A stretch of DNA of 64,000 bases from Candidatus Krumholzibacteriota bacterium (lineage in GTDB: Bacteria > Krumholzibacteriota > Krumholzibacteriia > JAJRXK01): positions 141,969-205,968 of the forward strand of contig CAWDWO010000026.1 in assembly GCA_963806035.1 (NCBI GenBank). The letters run 5' to 3'. Below, in pieces: positions 37,407-47,105 of the stretch; within the stretch, counting starts at the first letter, position 1; every line of letters begins with the position of its first letter. The notes below the pieces were generated by a model. It worked only from the letters and a program-made list of their open reading frames with translations. It searched no databases and was not told the origin of the DNA. A program made the translations under genes and the position numbers.

Positions 37407-37658
37407 TCACCCCCCGCTGAAGGGAGGCATGACGCCCACCCGTTGCGCCTGAGACAGGCGGGTCTCGCCACTGGCGAGCTCCTCGTCGACCGACCAGAGG
37501 AGGTGCTTCTGCATCGCCTTCAACTGGGGGTATTTCTGGTAGAGGCTTTCTTGCAGCTCGGACAGGGTCGCATCCTCAGGAAGCGATACCGACTCCTCGC
37601 GGGTTCCCGTCTGGAGCGCCACATCGGCGAAGTAGAGCAGCCTGAGAGTTTTGTCCAC
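37407..37658 (-). CDS. moaD: MoaD/ThiS sulfur carrier
   Basis: LLYFA N-terminus; C-terminal PPFSGG. Confidence 0.9.
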   Translation of the reverse strand: MDKTLRLLYFADVALQTGTREESVSLPEDATLSELQESLYQKYPQLKAMQKHLLWSVDEELASGETRLSQAQRVGVMPPFSGG

Positions 37659-37678
37659 GACCCCTGCCTCTTTCTCAC

Positions 37679-37704
37679 AAAAAAGGCCTGTTAGAACAGG
37701 CCCC
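37679..37704 (-). terminator. Intrinsic terminator after sigma factor gene
   Basis: GGCCTGTT-CT-AACAGGCC-TTTTTT. Confidence 0.75.
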
Positions 37705-37729
37705 TTTCGCGCTGACCGGTCCTGCCGGA

Positions 37730-38629
37730 TCAGCTGAGATAGTCCGTGAGGTTGGTACCCGAAACTGAATGGCGCATCTTGCGCAGAGCGTCATTACGAA
37801 TCTGCCGCACGCGCTCACGCGAAAGATTGATGTCCTCGCCGATCGCCTCCAGCGAGGTGCTCTCCTCGCCGCTGAGCCCGTAGTAACGCACCACGATATC
37901 TCGTTCGCGCGAGGTCAGGTTCTTCATTGCGGAGTCCAGTTGATCGCGCAGCTCGTCGCGCACGAATTCATCCTCAGGAGTGGAGTCCTCGGGGTTGGAG
38001 AGAATCTCCTGCAGAGGCTGTGACTCCTCGTCGTGCAGGCTCTCGTCGATCGAGAGCAGTGGCCGCAGCACCGCGTTGATCTCGTTGAGCTTGCTCACCG
38101 AGATGTCGAGTTGCTTGGCCAGCTCCTCGCGCGGAATCGTGCCGCCCTTCTCCTGCTCCATGCGGTTGTTGATCTTGCGCAAACGCTGAGCCTGCTGCGC
38201 GCGATTGATCGGCAGTCGCACGGTGTGAGTCTGCTCCGCGAGCGCCTTTTGAATGGCCTGACGAATCCACCAGACCGCATAGGAGATGAAACGGAAGTTG
38301 CGGCGTTCATCGAAGCGATGTGCTGCAGTGATGAGCCCCATGTTGCCTTCCGCGATGAGATCGAGGAAGGAGAGCCCATGGCCTACGTAGCGCTTGGCCA
38401 CGCTCACGACGAAGCGCAGGTTCGAGTAGACCAGCTTCTCGAGCGCCGCTTCGTCGCCACCGCGAATGCGGTAGGCCAGATCGAACTCCTGCTCCTTGGT
38501 GAGCAAGGGATAACGTCCGATCACCTTCAAGTAGTGCTGAAGCGCCTGATCCTGACGACGATCAGGGCTCCGCTCGACTTCATACATGATTTCCTCCACC
38601 TTGGGACGCCGTAGATTGCGCGTCTCCAT
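37730..38629 (-). CDS. RpoD/SigA-family sigma70 factor lacking region 1.1
   Basis: NLRFVVSVAKRY, DLIAEGNMGL, RFISYAVWWIRQAI, LSRERVRQI. Confidence 0.93.
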   Translation of the reverse strand: METRNLRRPKVEEIMYEVERSPDRRQDQALQHYLKVIGRYPLLTKEQEFDLAYRIRGGDEAALEKLVYSNLRFVVSVAKRYVGHGLSFLDLIAEGNMGLITAAHRFDERRNFRFISYAVWWIRQAIQKALAEQTHTVRLPINRAQQAQRLRKINNRMEQEKGGTIPREELAKQLDISVSKLNEINAVLRPLLSIDESLHDEESQPLQEILSNPEDSTPEDEFVRDELRDQLDSAMKNLTSRERDIVVRYYGLSGEESTSLEAIGEDINLSRERVRQIRNDALRKMRHSVSGTNLTDYLS

Positions 38630-38844
38630 GCAAACTCGACCGCGACACTCCCACTGCCTTCTTCGACGCAGACAACTGACCTAGGAGCCCAAAAACCCGG
38701 GTGGGTTCCTGGCGGCCCATGACCGTGAAGGCTCTCTTCTCCTACGTCATTCCCTGGAAGCAGTTCCCGGCGATGATGCCGCGTGCGCCGGGATCGGGCT
38801 CACTCTCGCGGTAAACCCATGTTTGCGTGAGAACTCGCGCAGCT

Positions 38845-38874
38845 ATTGTGAACCATGGGCCCGGGCCCTGTCAA
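38845..38874 (-). promoter_or_regulatory. Putative sigma70 promoter for sigma gene
   Basis: TTGACA-18-CACAAT. Confidence 0.5.
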
Positions 38875-38913
38875 CCAAGGGGCTCAGGGAATCCGCGGCC
38901 CGGGCCCCATCGT

Positions 38914-40842
38914 TCAGGATTTGTCCTCGTCCACCACCTCGAAATCGGCGTCTACCGGCTCGGAAGAGTCGTTTCCAGCCTCGGCCTGGCCCTCCGCCTG
39001 CTCCGTCTGGGACGAGCCGGCCGCGCCCTGAGAGGCCGAAGCCTGCTGGTAGGCTTCCGTCCCGGCCTTCTGGAGGGCGTCGCTCAGGGCCTGGGTGCGG
39101 CTCTTGACCGCGGCCAGATCCTCGGAGTCCTTCACGGACTCCAGCTCGGAAATGGCCTTCTCCACCGTCTCCTTGGTGTCGGACTGGATTTTGTCGCCCG
39201 TCTCGCTCAGCAGCTTTCGCGCCTGGTAGAGCAACGATTCGGCCTGGTTCTTGGTGTCCACTTTCTCGCGCCGCTTCTTGTCTTCGTCGGCGTGGGACTT
39301 GGCGTCCTCGACCATCCTCTCGATTTCCGATTCGTCCAAGCCGCTCGAGGCCTGAATGACGATGCTCTGCTCCTTACCCGTCGCTTTGTCCTTGGCGTTC
39401 ACGTTGAGAATCCCGTCGGCATCGATGTCGAAGCTGACCTCGATCTGCGGAATGCCACGCGGCGCGGGCGGAATGCCCGTGAGCTGGAAGCGCCCGATGG
39501 ACTTGTTCCCCGCGGCCATTTCGCGTTCGCCCTGCAGTACGTGAATCTCCACCACGCTCTGGTTGTCGTCAGCCGTGGAGAAGGTCTGGGACTTCTTGGT
39601 GGGAATCGTGGTGTTGCGCTCGATGAGCTTCGTCATCACTCCACCGAGAGTCTCGATCCCCAGACTCAGGGGCGTGACGTCCAAGAGCACCACATCGTTC
39701 AGGTGAGACTCGCCGGAGAGCACGCCTCCCTGGATCGCGGCTCCCATCGCCACGCATTCGTCCGGATTGACCGAATGATTCGGGTCCTTGCCGAAAAGGC
39801 TCTTCACCTTTTCCTGGATCACCGGCATGCGGGTCGATCCACCGACGAGAATCACCTCGTCGATGTCAGAGGTCGAAAGCCCTGCGTCCTGCAGCGCCTT
39901 CTGACAGGGTCCCACGGTTCTCTGCACCAACGCATCGACCAGTTGCTCGAAGCGCGAACGGGTCAGAGTCTTCACGAGGTGCTTGGGGCCACTCGCGTCC
40001 GCGGTGATGAAGGGAAGATTGATCTCCGTCTGCGTCGAGCTGGAGAGCTCGCACTTGGCGCGCTCCGCGGCTTCCTTGAGTCGCTGCATCGCCATGCTGT
40101 CCAGTGAGAGATCGATGCCCTCCGCCGACTTGAATTCCTGAACGAGCCACTCGATGACGGCCTGGTCGAAGTCGTCTCCCCCGAGATGGGTGTCGCCGTT
40201 GGTCGACTTGACCTCGAAGACGCCCTCGCCCAAATCCAAGATGGAGATGTCGAAGGTTCCACCCCCGAGGTCGAAGACGGCCACGGTCTCGTTCTTCTTC
40301 TTGTCGAGTCCGTAGGCCAGAGCGGCCGCGGTGGGCTCGTTGATGATACGCTTCACCTCGAGTCCGGCGATGCGGCCGGCGTCCTTGGTGGCTTGCCGCT
40401 GGGAGTCGTTGAAATACGCGGGAACCGTGATCACTGCCTCGGTGACCGCTTCGCCGAGATAGGTCTCGGCGGTTTCTTTCATCTTCTGCAAGATCACGGC
40501 GGAGACCTCAGGTGGAGTGAATTCACCGGAGGGGGTCTTCACGACCACCTTCCCGCCCGGCCCCTCGATGAGCTGGTAGGGAACCTCGCTGATCTCCTCG
40601 GCCACCTCGTTGAACTGGCGGCCCATGAAACGCTTGATGGAATAGATGGTGTGCTCGGGTTGCGTCACCGCCTGGCGCTTGGCGACCACGCCGACGAGAC
40701 GGTCTCCGTCCTTGTTCCACCCCACGACCGAGGGAGTCGTCTTCTGACCCTCGGCATTGGTGATGACTTTGACTTCCGAACCCTCGACCACGGCCACGCA
40801 ACTGTTCGTCGTGCCCAGGTCGATTCCAATGATCTTGCCCAT
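38914..40842 (-). CDS. dnaK: Chaperone DnaK
   Basis: [36 protein letters not shown]-terminal DADFEVV. Confidence 0.98.
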   Translation of the reverse strand: MGKIIGIDLGTTNSCVAVVEGSEVKVITNAEGQKTTPSVVGWNKDGDRLVGVVAKRQAVTQPEHTIYSIKRFMGRQFNEVAEEISEVPYQLIEGPGGKVVVKTPSGEFTPPEVSAVILQKMKETAETYLGEAVTEAVITVPAYFNDSQRQATKDAGRIAGLEVKRIINEPTAAALAYGLDKKKNETVAVFDLGGGTFDISILDLGEGVFEVKSTNGDTHLGGDDFDQAVIEWLVQEFKSAEGIDLSLDSMAMQRLKEAAERAKCELSSSTQTEINLPFITADASGPKHLVKTLTRSRFEQLVDALVQRTVGPCQKALQDAGLSTSDIDEVILVGGSTRMPVIQEKVKSLFGKDPNHSVNPDECVAMGAAIQGGVLSGESHLNDVVLLDVTPLSLGIETLGGVMTKLIERNTTIPTKKSQTFSTADDNQSVVEIHVLQGEREMAAGNKSIGRFQLTGIPPAPRGIPQIEVSFDIDADGILNVNAKDKATGKEQSIVIQASSGLDESEIERMVEDAKSHADEDKKRREKVDTKNQAESLLYQARKLLSETGDKIQSDTKETVEKAISELESVKDSEDLAAVKSRTQALSDALQKAGTEAYQQASASQGAAGSSQTEQAEGQAEAGNDSSEPVDADFEVVDEDKS

Positions 40843-40892
40843 TCTCTTGCTTCCTTTCCTTCTGCGATAGAATCCTGGTGCCCGGGAAGACA

Positions 40893-41018
40893 ACAATCCC
40901 CATGCCAGGGGAAGGGACTTCCACTAAGTTCTGAAATCAGAATGAGTTGAGGGTTTCAAGGCCGAGAGCGGCTCTGCCCCTGACAGTGCCACAATGGCAG
41001 ATTTCTGTCGTTATGGCA
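40893..41018 (-). promoter_or_regulatory. sigma54-like promoter plus tandem palindromic upstream sites for dnaK
   Basis: CTGGCATGGGGATTGT (40893-40908); TGCCA-CAA-TGGCA (40987-40999); TGTCG-TTA-TGGCA (41006-41018). Confidence 0.55.
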
Positions 41019-41949
41019 GGCTTCGTTCTGCCAGGCCCTGCGCGTAGCAGGCGAGCACCAGGTAGTCGTAGAGGCGCCGCCGCAGCCCCTGGGGCAAAAG
41101 CGCGGCAACCCCACCCAGCGCCGCCTGGGCCGCGCTGGGGCCGCCGAGGCGAAAGCTCTGGCGCAAGGCGAGGGCCAGTGCGCGTCGCGGCCCTTCGAGC
41201 TCATCCAGGGGCGTGACAAGAAGATCCAGCTGCATCTCGCGCAGGCGCTGGGGATGCAGACGGGCGATCAGGGGCAGAGACGAGCGCCCGCATTCGCGCT
41301 TCTTGTGCAGATACTCCGCGAGGGTGTGGTGGTGCACGTGGTAGCCGAGAGCCCCCTCCAGGAAGTGAAAGTCCAGCCCCGCTCGCTCCTCGAGCCGGAA
41401 TGCCAGTTCCATGTCCTCGAATCCGTAGGACGCAAAGCGCTCGTCGAAGCCCTCGCAGAGCTCGAGCGCGGCGCGCGGCAGCGATACGTTTTGCGTGAGA
41501 AAGTAGCGCGCCGGTACCGGCCCGTCCGGGGAACACTTCGCGAGCCCCTGGCCATCGAGATACTCGAAAAGAGTCGAATCCACGATTTCAGGAAGGGTCT
41601 TCACCTCGGCCAACCACACGCCGGGGTGGCGCTCTTGCGCGGCGGCATGAGCGGACAGGGCATTGGCCGTGAGCAGGATGTCATCGTCCAAGAAGAGCAC
41701 GCTTTCCCCGCGGGCGTGGCGCCAGCCGTGATTGCGAGCTCGTGAGCGCCCCTCGTTCTGCGAGAGCACGAGCGCGCGCAGCGGAAGCCGTCTCCCCCAT
41801 TCCCGCAGGACCTCCTCCGTCGCGTCCTGTGAGCCGTCATCCACCACCACGAGTTCCCACTCGGGAAGGTAACGCTGTCGGCTGAGAGCTTTCAGGGTGC
41901 GCCGCAGAAGTTGCGGTTTGCAGTGTGTGGGAACGACGACGCTGATCAC
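41011..41949 (-). CDS. Glycosyltransferase family 2
   Basis: ISVVVPT, VVDDGSQD, ARNHG, FLDDD, GFDERF..YGFEDMELAFRL. Confidence 0.92.
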   Translation of the reverse strand: MISVVVPTHCKPQLLRRTLKALSRQRYLPEWELVVVDDGSQDATEEVLREWGRRLPLRALVLSQNEGRSRARNHGWRHARGESVLFLDDDILLTANALSAHAAAQERHPGVWLAEVKTLPEIVDSTLFEYLDGQGLAKCSPDGPVPARYFLTQNVSLPRAALELCEGFDERFASYGFEDMELAFRLEERAGLDFHFLEGALGYHVHHHTLAEYLHKKRECGRSSLPLIARLHPQRLREMQLDLLVTPLDELEGPRRALALALRQSFRLGGPSAAQAALGGVAALLPQGLRRRLYDYLVLACYAQGLAERSLP

Positions 41950-43079
41950 GAGAGCCCCCTCTCCTGGATCGAACGCAGTTCGGATGGAAGAGGCCGGTTG
42001 TCCGTGAAGTGTTCGTAGAGGCGCAGCATCCACTGCATGTTCAGCTCGTGATCGGCGCGCTTGCGAACTTCGCTCGCGCACGACTTTCCAAACTCATCGC
42101 GGAGAGCGGCGTCATCCAGCAGCTTTGTGAGCGCGTCCACCAGAGCGCCTTCGTCGCGCGGGGGCACCACCAGTCCGTTCTCACCGTCCCTGATCCACTC
42201 CAGAGAGGAGGGCAGAGAGGAAACCACGATGGCGCGGCCACAGGCCATGGCCTCCAGCAGTGAAACCGCGGTTGCGTCGACAGAGGGAACGCTCACGAAG
42301 ACGTCGCTGGCCACCAGGTAATCCGCGAAATCCTCGTGCGGGATTCTGCCCACGAAGTGAGTTTGACGGTCCAGACCGGCCCGCTTCGCCAATGCGCGGA
42401 AGGGCGACTGATCGCCCTCGTAGCCGGCGAAAATCACATGGAGCGCGGGCCGCTCCTTTTGCAGGCGCGCCGTCGCATCGATGATGACATCGATGTTGTA
42501 GTAGGCCTGGGTGAAGGAGCGCGGTGAAAAGACGACGGGGGCCGACTCGGGAATCCCCAGTTCTTCACGAACCCGGCTCGGACGCTCGGGATGGAAAATG
42601 GAAAAGTCGACGCCCCACTGGATCTCGTAACAGGTGGCGGGATCGGCCCCGAGAGCGACGCAGCTCTTGAGGATGTCCACCGAGTCGCCGCTGACCGCGC
42701 AGGCAGAGCGCAGGGCGCGCCGGGCCAACCAACCCTTCAGCGCATTTTCATGCGGGGTGACATACACGTCATCACCCCACACCGTCAAAAGGTTGGGCGT
42801 GAAGCGCGAGTAGTGACCCCAATAACCATAGCCGGTGAGGAAGTGCGTGTGGAGCAGATCGGGCTTCAGTCCCTTCAGGATCTTCCGCACTTTCCTCAGA
42901 CTCAACCAGTAGCGCAGCGGCTTGAAGGGAGCGCGCGTGCGAATGTCGTGCACCTGCACCCCTTCGATGGGTCCTGGTTGCACCGTGAGGAGATGGCATT
43001 CGTGACCGCGCCGCGCGAAGTACTGGATCCAGCGCTCGGTATGCAGGTGCCGGCCTATGCTCAAGTATGCGATGCGCAC
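41946..43079 (-). CDS. Glycosyltransferase family 4
   Basis: PDLLHTH, SDVFVS..SLLEAMACG, ENGLVV. Confidence 0.9.
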   Translation of the reverse strand: MRIAYLSIGRHLHTERWIQYFARRGHECHLLTVQPGPIEGVQVHDIRTRAPFKPLRYWLSLRKVRKILKGLKPDLLHTHFLTGYGYWGHYSRFTPNLLTVWGDDVYVTPHENALKGWLARRALRSACAVSGDSVDILKSCVALGADPATCYEIQWGVDFSIFHPERPSRVREELGIPESAPVVFSPRSFTQAYYNIDVIIDATARLQKERPALHVIFAGYEGDQSPFRALAKRAGLDRQTHFVGRIPHEDFADYLVASDVFVSVPSVDATAVSLLEAMACGRAIVVSSLPSSLEWIRDGENGLVVPPRDEGALVDALTKLLDDAALRDEFGKSCASEVRKRADHELNMQWMLRLYEHFTDNRPLPSELRSIQERGLS

Positions 43080-43153
43080 GCGTGCCTTCCGCCTCAAAGC
43101 GCCGAGACGCTGCCCGAGATCTGGTATTGCCCTGTTTGCAGGCGCGGTGGTTC

Positions 43154-43237
43154 TGCCCGGGGAGGGAATCGAACCCTCACGAAGCAAGCTTCTGGGGATT
43201 TTAAGTCCCCTGCGTCTACCAATTCCGCCACCCGGGC
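43154..43237 (-). tRNA. tRNA-Leu(TAA), CCA not encoded
   Basis: GCCCGGG stem, loop CT-TAA-AA, long variable arm. Confidence 0.95.
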
Positions 43238-43281
43238 TCCGTCAGTACCAAAATCCGCGCCATCTGGGAATTGGGCAAGCG

Positions 43282-43315
43282 AAAACGCGGATGACGCATC
43301 CAGCGTCATCCGCGT
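43282..43315 (-). terminator. 13-bp perfect hairpin plus U-run between tRNA-Cys and tRNA-Leu
   Basis: ACGCGGATGACGC-TGGAT-GCGTCATCCGCGT-TTT. Confidence 0.6.
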
Positions 43316-43376
43316 GGCAAACTCGATTCCAAACTCAGCCCACCACTCTCGGGGCGCGGGCCGTGCTCGGGTCGTA

Positions 43377-43453
43377 TGGAGGCGGCACCCAGATTCGAAC
43401 TGGGGAATAACGGTTTTGCAAACCGTCGCCTTGGACCACTTGGCTATGCCGCC
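43377..43453 (-). tRNA. tRNA-Cys(GCA)
   Basis: GGCGGCA stem, loop TT-GCA-AA, U73 discriminator, CCA. Confidence 0.96.
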
Positions 43454-43462
43454 GGGAAGCGA

Positions 43463-43538
<76 letters not shown>

Positions 43539-43601
43539 TCCTTGAAAACCAAGAATTCCCACCGTGTGGGACTGCTTAGTTTAGCTAATGAGGCCCCTCC
43601 G

Positions 43602-44309
43602 TCAAGAGCCGGAATCCTTGGCGTTTTCCAGGATCGTGGTGGTGACCACCCAGGCCCCGTCATATCCGTAGCCGCGGAGCCGATCCCGCAATTGCAAGGC
43701 GAGGGCCCGATCACTGAAGTCTCCCACGCGAACCTTGTAATAGGGGCTCTCGAAGACCACGTAGACCGTCTCGGGGACGCGTGTGCGAGCCACCCTGGCC
43801 ACCTCTTCGGCGCTGTTCTTGTCGCCAGAGGCCGCAATCTGTACGCGGAAACCTCGGCGCGCTGCGGGGCGGCTCCCCTCGATGGGCGTTTTCACGCTGG
43901 GCTCCACCGGCGCGGTGACGCTTTGGGGGATCTTTGCCGCATTGCTATCGCCTTGGGCCTCTCCTTGCACCTTGGGCATCTGCTCGAGTTCGGTTGGAGC
44001 CACCTTGCTCTTTTCGAGGCTCGCCGCCTCCACTTCCTCCGGAGAAGGCGGCAGACGATCCTCTTCGAATTCCACGTCCTTCGTGACCGGAGCCTCGCCC
44101 TCGCTTTGGAGCCGGTACTCTTGCTTGCCATCGGCGTCCTGCGAGTGGGTGGACTCGCTCTCTTGCTGAGCGGTCTGCTGCGTGCTCTCTTGCTCGGCCG
44201 CGGGATCGCTCTTCACGCTCGACGCGGGAGGCGAAGAGCACGCGCTCAGCCCAAGCGCGAGGATGAGGGGAAGAACTCGCGCGATCGTACCCTGAAAGTC
44301 GCTTCGCAT
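43602..44309 (-). CDS. SPOR-domain lipoprotein
   Basis: Lipobox LSAC; low-complexity linker; GFRVQIAAS..YYKVRVGDF..GYDGAWV. Confidence 0.88.
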   Translation of the reverse strand: MRSDFQGTIARVLPLILALGLSACSSPPASSVKSDPAAEQESTQQTAQQESESTHSQDADGKQEYRLQSEGEAPVTKDVEFEEDRLPPSPEEVEAASLEKSKVAPTELEQMPKVQGEAQGDSNAAKIPQSVTAPVEPSVKTPIEGSRPAARRGFRVQIAASGDKNSAEEVARVARTRVPETVYVVFESPYYKVRVGDFSDRALALQLRDRLRGYGYDGAWVVTTTILENAKDSGS

Positions 44310-44335
44310 CACAAACTCCTCAGCACCGGGTGAAT

Positions 44336-46195
44336 TCAAGAACCGCCGATGTATCCCAGCGACTTGAGCCGCTGAAGGTCAAGAGCCGAGCGCTTTGCGT
44401 GCGGCGTCCAGGCTGCTCGGCGTCCCCAGGTGGCCGGACCATCTTTGTCGCTTCCGGCCATGTCTTTGGCCGGGGGGATCCCCAGGATTCGCAAGAAGGA
44501 CGGCGCGAGTTGAAGCACGGATCCCTCCCCCTTCGCCAAAGAAGATGGAATCGCCCATGCAAGCCGTTCCTTTTTCTGAACCCGCGAGAACACGAAGCAA
44601 AGTTCGCTGCCCTTGGGAACTTCCTCTACCACTTTCTGCAGCAATTCATCCAGAAAATTCGCATAGAGGACTTCCAGCCGCTCTCCCATCTCCTTGGAAG
44701 GACCGGCCGGAATTCGCCTCACCGCCCGCTCCAGAATGTCCGCGCCCCCCAGATGACAGATACGTCCCTGCTGGGCGTCAGTGCCCATTCCCTTCAGGAT
44801 CAGTGAGGAGTGAAAGAGATCACTGGCGAGCGCGTAGCGCCAGGCCTCGGCCACCTCTTGCAGGTCGTGCAGGGGCAAGTTGTTCAGAAGGGAATCGCCT
44901 CGCACCAGGGAGGAATACCCGCTCTGCTCCATGAGGGCCGCCCGCAGATCGGCCAAGAGCCCCTCTTGCGCCGGTTGCACGAGCAGGGTGTCTGCCGCTG
45001 AGTCCGCGCCCTCCCACAGGCGCAAAAAACAGCGATCGCTGACCACGGTGAGGCCCTCGTGGCGCGCGGCGGGGTAGGTCGCCCAGGCGTTCACCACCTC
45101 CATTTTCAAACCCATCCGCACCGCGATCTCCCAAAACGGAGGACGGAGGAGTTCTCGCTGATCGTGAGCCTTCTCCTTGGTCAATCCGATGCCCGGGAGC
45201 AGTCCACGGAGCATCAGCGCCAACAGGGGTTGGCGACGCGCCCGGGTCAAATCGCTCGCCACCCCCTTGGGCCCGCTGGAGGACGCGCGGTTGAGGCCGT
45301 GAACCTCCGGCGGAAATCCGGTGGCGACACAATTCCAGAAACTCTCCGGGTGCAGCGCGAGGCCCGGGGCTTGCAGGGTCCGCGCGGGCTCGCCGAGCTG
45401 GCGCTGGAGTCCGGGAAGGTCGGCGGGACTTTCCCCGTCCACCGTGAACAAGATGAGGCTTCGTTTTGGTGCGACCGTCACCGCGGGATGGACTTCGTCC
45501 AGGGTGGGAAGCGGCCGCAGATGACGGTAGGGTCCCAAGAGAAGGAGTCCCGCTGCCAAGACGAACAACAGCAAGATGACCCGCGGGGTGTGGCGCGCGC
45601 TCTTTCTCTCCTCATCGAGTTCGAACTGATCCAATCGAACGACGGCCAATAGAGCGCGAAAGAGCCTTCCGAAGGCCACCCCGAGCGCGGCGCAGAACAG
45701 ACTCGCCAAGAGAGCGGCCACGAACCAGGTGGAGCCATGAATCTTGGGCAGGACGAAGCGTCCCACCACATCGCTCAAATACAGCCCGAAGAGTAGCGAG
45801 GAGACGAAGAACACCGCCAACTCGCCGCGGCGGCGTGCGGAGAAGCCGTTCCGGCGCGCGCTGAGGAGGAGCGGATAACTGAGCAAGCTCACCAGGACCC
45901 CACCCGAGATCGCGGCCGCCAGCACCAGGTCGAAACTCAACCACAGAAGATCGTGGAGCTTGTCGAGGATCTCCGTCTGCGCAACCGCCACGGAGACCGT
46001 GAGCAAGAGACCGGTGAGAGCTCCTCCTCCCGCTCCCAGCCACAGCCCGGCCAAGAGAGCGCTGCGCGAGGGGCTGCGGCCGCGCGAGACTTTCTCCGCG
46101 ACGAAGGTCTCCACCGGAGAACGCAGATAGCCCAGTTCGCGGAGCCGGGCCAGTCCTTGCCGGAGACGTTCTTCGTCTTGGGGACTGCGCGGCAT
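44336..46195 (-). CDS. Multi-TM protein with degenerate alkaline-phosphatase/phosphodiesterase-superfamily domain
   Basis: About 5 TM; FTVDG, W.CVATG.PP..HGL, PFWEI, VVNAWATYPA; terminal LKSLGYI. Confidence 0.7.
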   Translation of the reverse strand: MPRSPQDEERLRQGLARLRELGYLRSPVETFVAEKVSRGRSPSRSALLAGLWLGAGGGALTGLLLTVSVAVAQTEILDKLHDLLWLSFDLVLAAAISGGVLVSLLSYPLLLSARRNGFSARRRGELAVFFVSSLLFGLYLSDVVGRFVLPKIHGSTWFVAALLASLFCAALGVAFGRLFRALLAVVRLDQFELDEERKSARHTPRVILLLFVLAAGLLLLGPYRHLRPLPTLDEVHPAVTVAPKRSLILFTVDGESPADLPGLQRQLGEPARTLQAPGLALHPESFWNCVATGFPPEVHGLNRASSSGPKGVASDLTRARRQPLLALMLRGLLPGIGLTKEKAHDQRELLRPPFWEIAVRMGLKMEVVNAWATYPAARHEGLTVVSDRCFLRLWEGADSAADTLLVQPAQEGLLADLRAALMEQSGYSSLVRGDSLLNNLPLHDLQEVAEAWRYALASDLFHSSLILKGMGTDAQQGRICHLGGADILERAVRRIPAGPSKEMGERLEVLYANFLDELLQKVVEEVPKGSELCFVFSRVQKKERLAWAIPSSLAKGEGSVLQLAPSFLRILGIPPAKDMAGSDKDGPATWGRRAAWTPHAKRSALDLQRLKSLGYIGGS

Positions 46196-46198
46196 CGG

Positions 46199-47083
46199 CT
46201 AGTTCCTTCTGGATGCGACGAAGGAGCAGAGTTCACGCAGAAGCGGATCGGGATTCTCCAGATGAACCAGGCTGTCGCTTGCCGTCGCCAGGAGTCGATT
46301 CATGATTTCCTCGCTGGCCTCGGCTCCCAGCGAGCTGACGAAGGTCGCCTTGCCTCGATCCTTGCGCGCGTCCTTTCCCATTTCCTGCGCGTGCCCGAAT
46401 GCGTCCAGGAGGTCGTCCTTGATCTGAAAGGCCAACCCGAGATTTCGTGCGTAATTGGCCGCGACTTCCTCCAGGCGTTCATCCCCCTTGCTCAGGCGAA
46501 CTCCCGCGCGCGCGCAAGCTCCGAAGAGTTCGCCGGTCTTGTGCCGGTGAATGTACTCGAGTGTATCGAGCTCGCGCATCTGTGCCGGGAGATGGAGATC
46601 GACGTGTTGTCCGCCGATCATCCCATTCACGCCGACCGCCCTGGCGAAGAGCGCGGTGAGTCTCAGGTGCTGATTCTTCGCGTCGACTTCGCCCAGAATT
46701 TCGAAGGCCCGCGCCAAGTTGGCCGTCGCGACCAGGATCGCGGTATCGACACCGAAGACCAGATGGCAACAGGGCAATCCCCGGCGCGTACGCGCGTCAT
46801 CCATGCTCGGCAGATCGTCCAGAATCAGAGAAGCGCTGTGGATCAATTCCACCGCGGTCGCCGCATCCAGCACGAGTTTCTCGTCCGCCCTCGCCGCGGA
46901 GCGCGACCACAGATCGATGACGGCGGCGCGGATGCGCTTGCCGGGAGCAAGCAGAGTATAGCCGAGAGCTTCCCGCAGGCGTGGGGTATGAGCGTGCTCT
47001 TTCGCTTCGACGGCGGCAAGGAGCCGTGGATGAAGGTGGCGGGCAAACTCTTCCAGATACTTCGCGAGAGACGCATCTCCCAC
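46199..47083 (-). CDS. Second polyprenyl diphosphate synthase (CrtE/GGPP-synthase-like)
   Basis: PGKRIR, ASLILDDLPSMDD..RRG, GGQ..D, KTG, FQIKDDLLD. Confidence 0.88.
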   Translation of the reverse strand: MGDASLAKYLEEFARHLHPRLLAAVEAKEHAHTPRLREALGYTLLAPGKRIRAAVIDLWSRSAARADEKLVLDAATAVELIHSASLILDDLPSMDDARTRRGLPCCHLVFGVDTAILVATANLARAFEILGEVDAKNQHLRLTALFARAVGVNGMIGGQHVDLHLPAQMRELDTLEYIHRHKTGELFGACARAGVRLSKGDERLEEVAANYARNLGLAFQIKDDLLDAFGHAQEMGKDARKDRGKATFVSSLGAEASEEIMNRLLATASDSLVHLENPDPLLRELCSFVASRRN

Positions 47084-47105
47084 AATCGTTCCTCCCCTGC
47101 CGCCC

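Noticed and set aside
40920..40960. IHF site or CIRCE upstream of dnaK
   Set aside because: AT-rich but does not match WATCAR-N4-TTR or TTAGCACTC-N9-GAGTGCTAA
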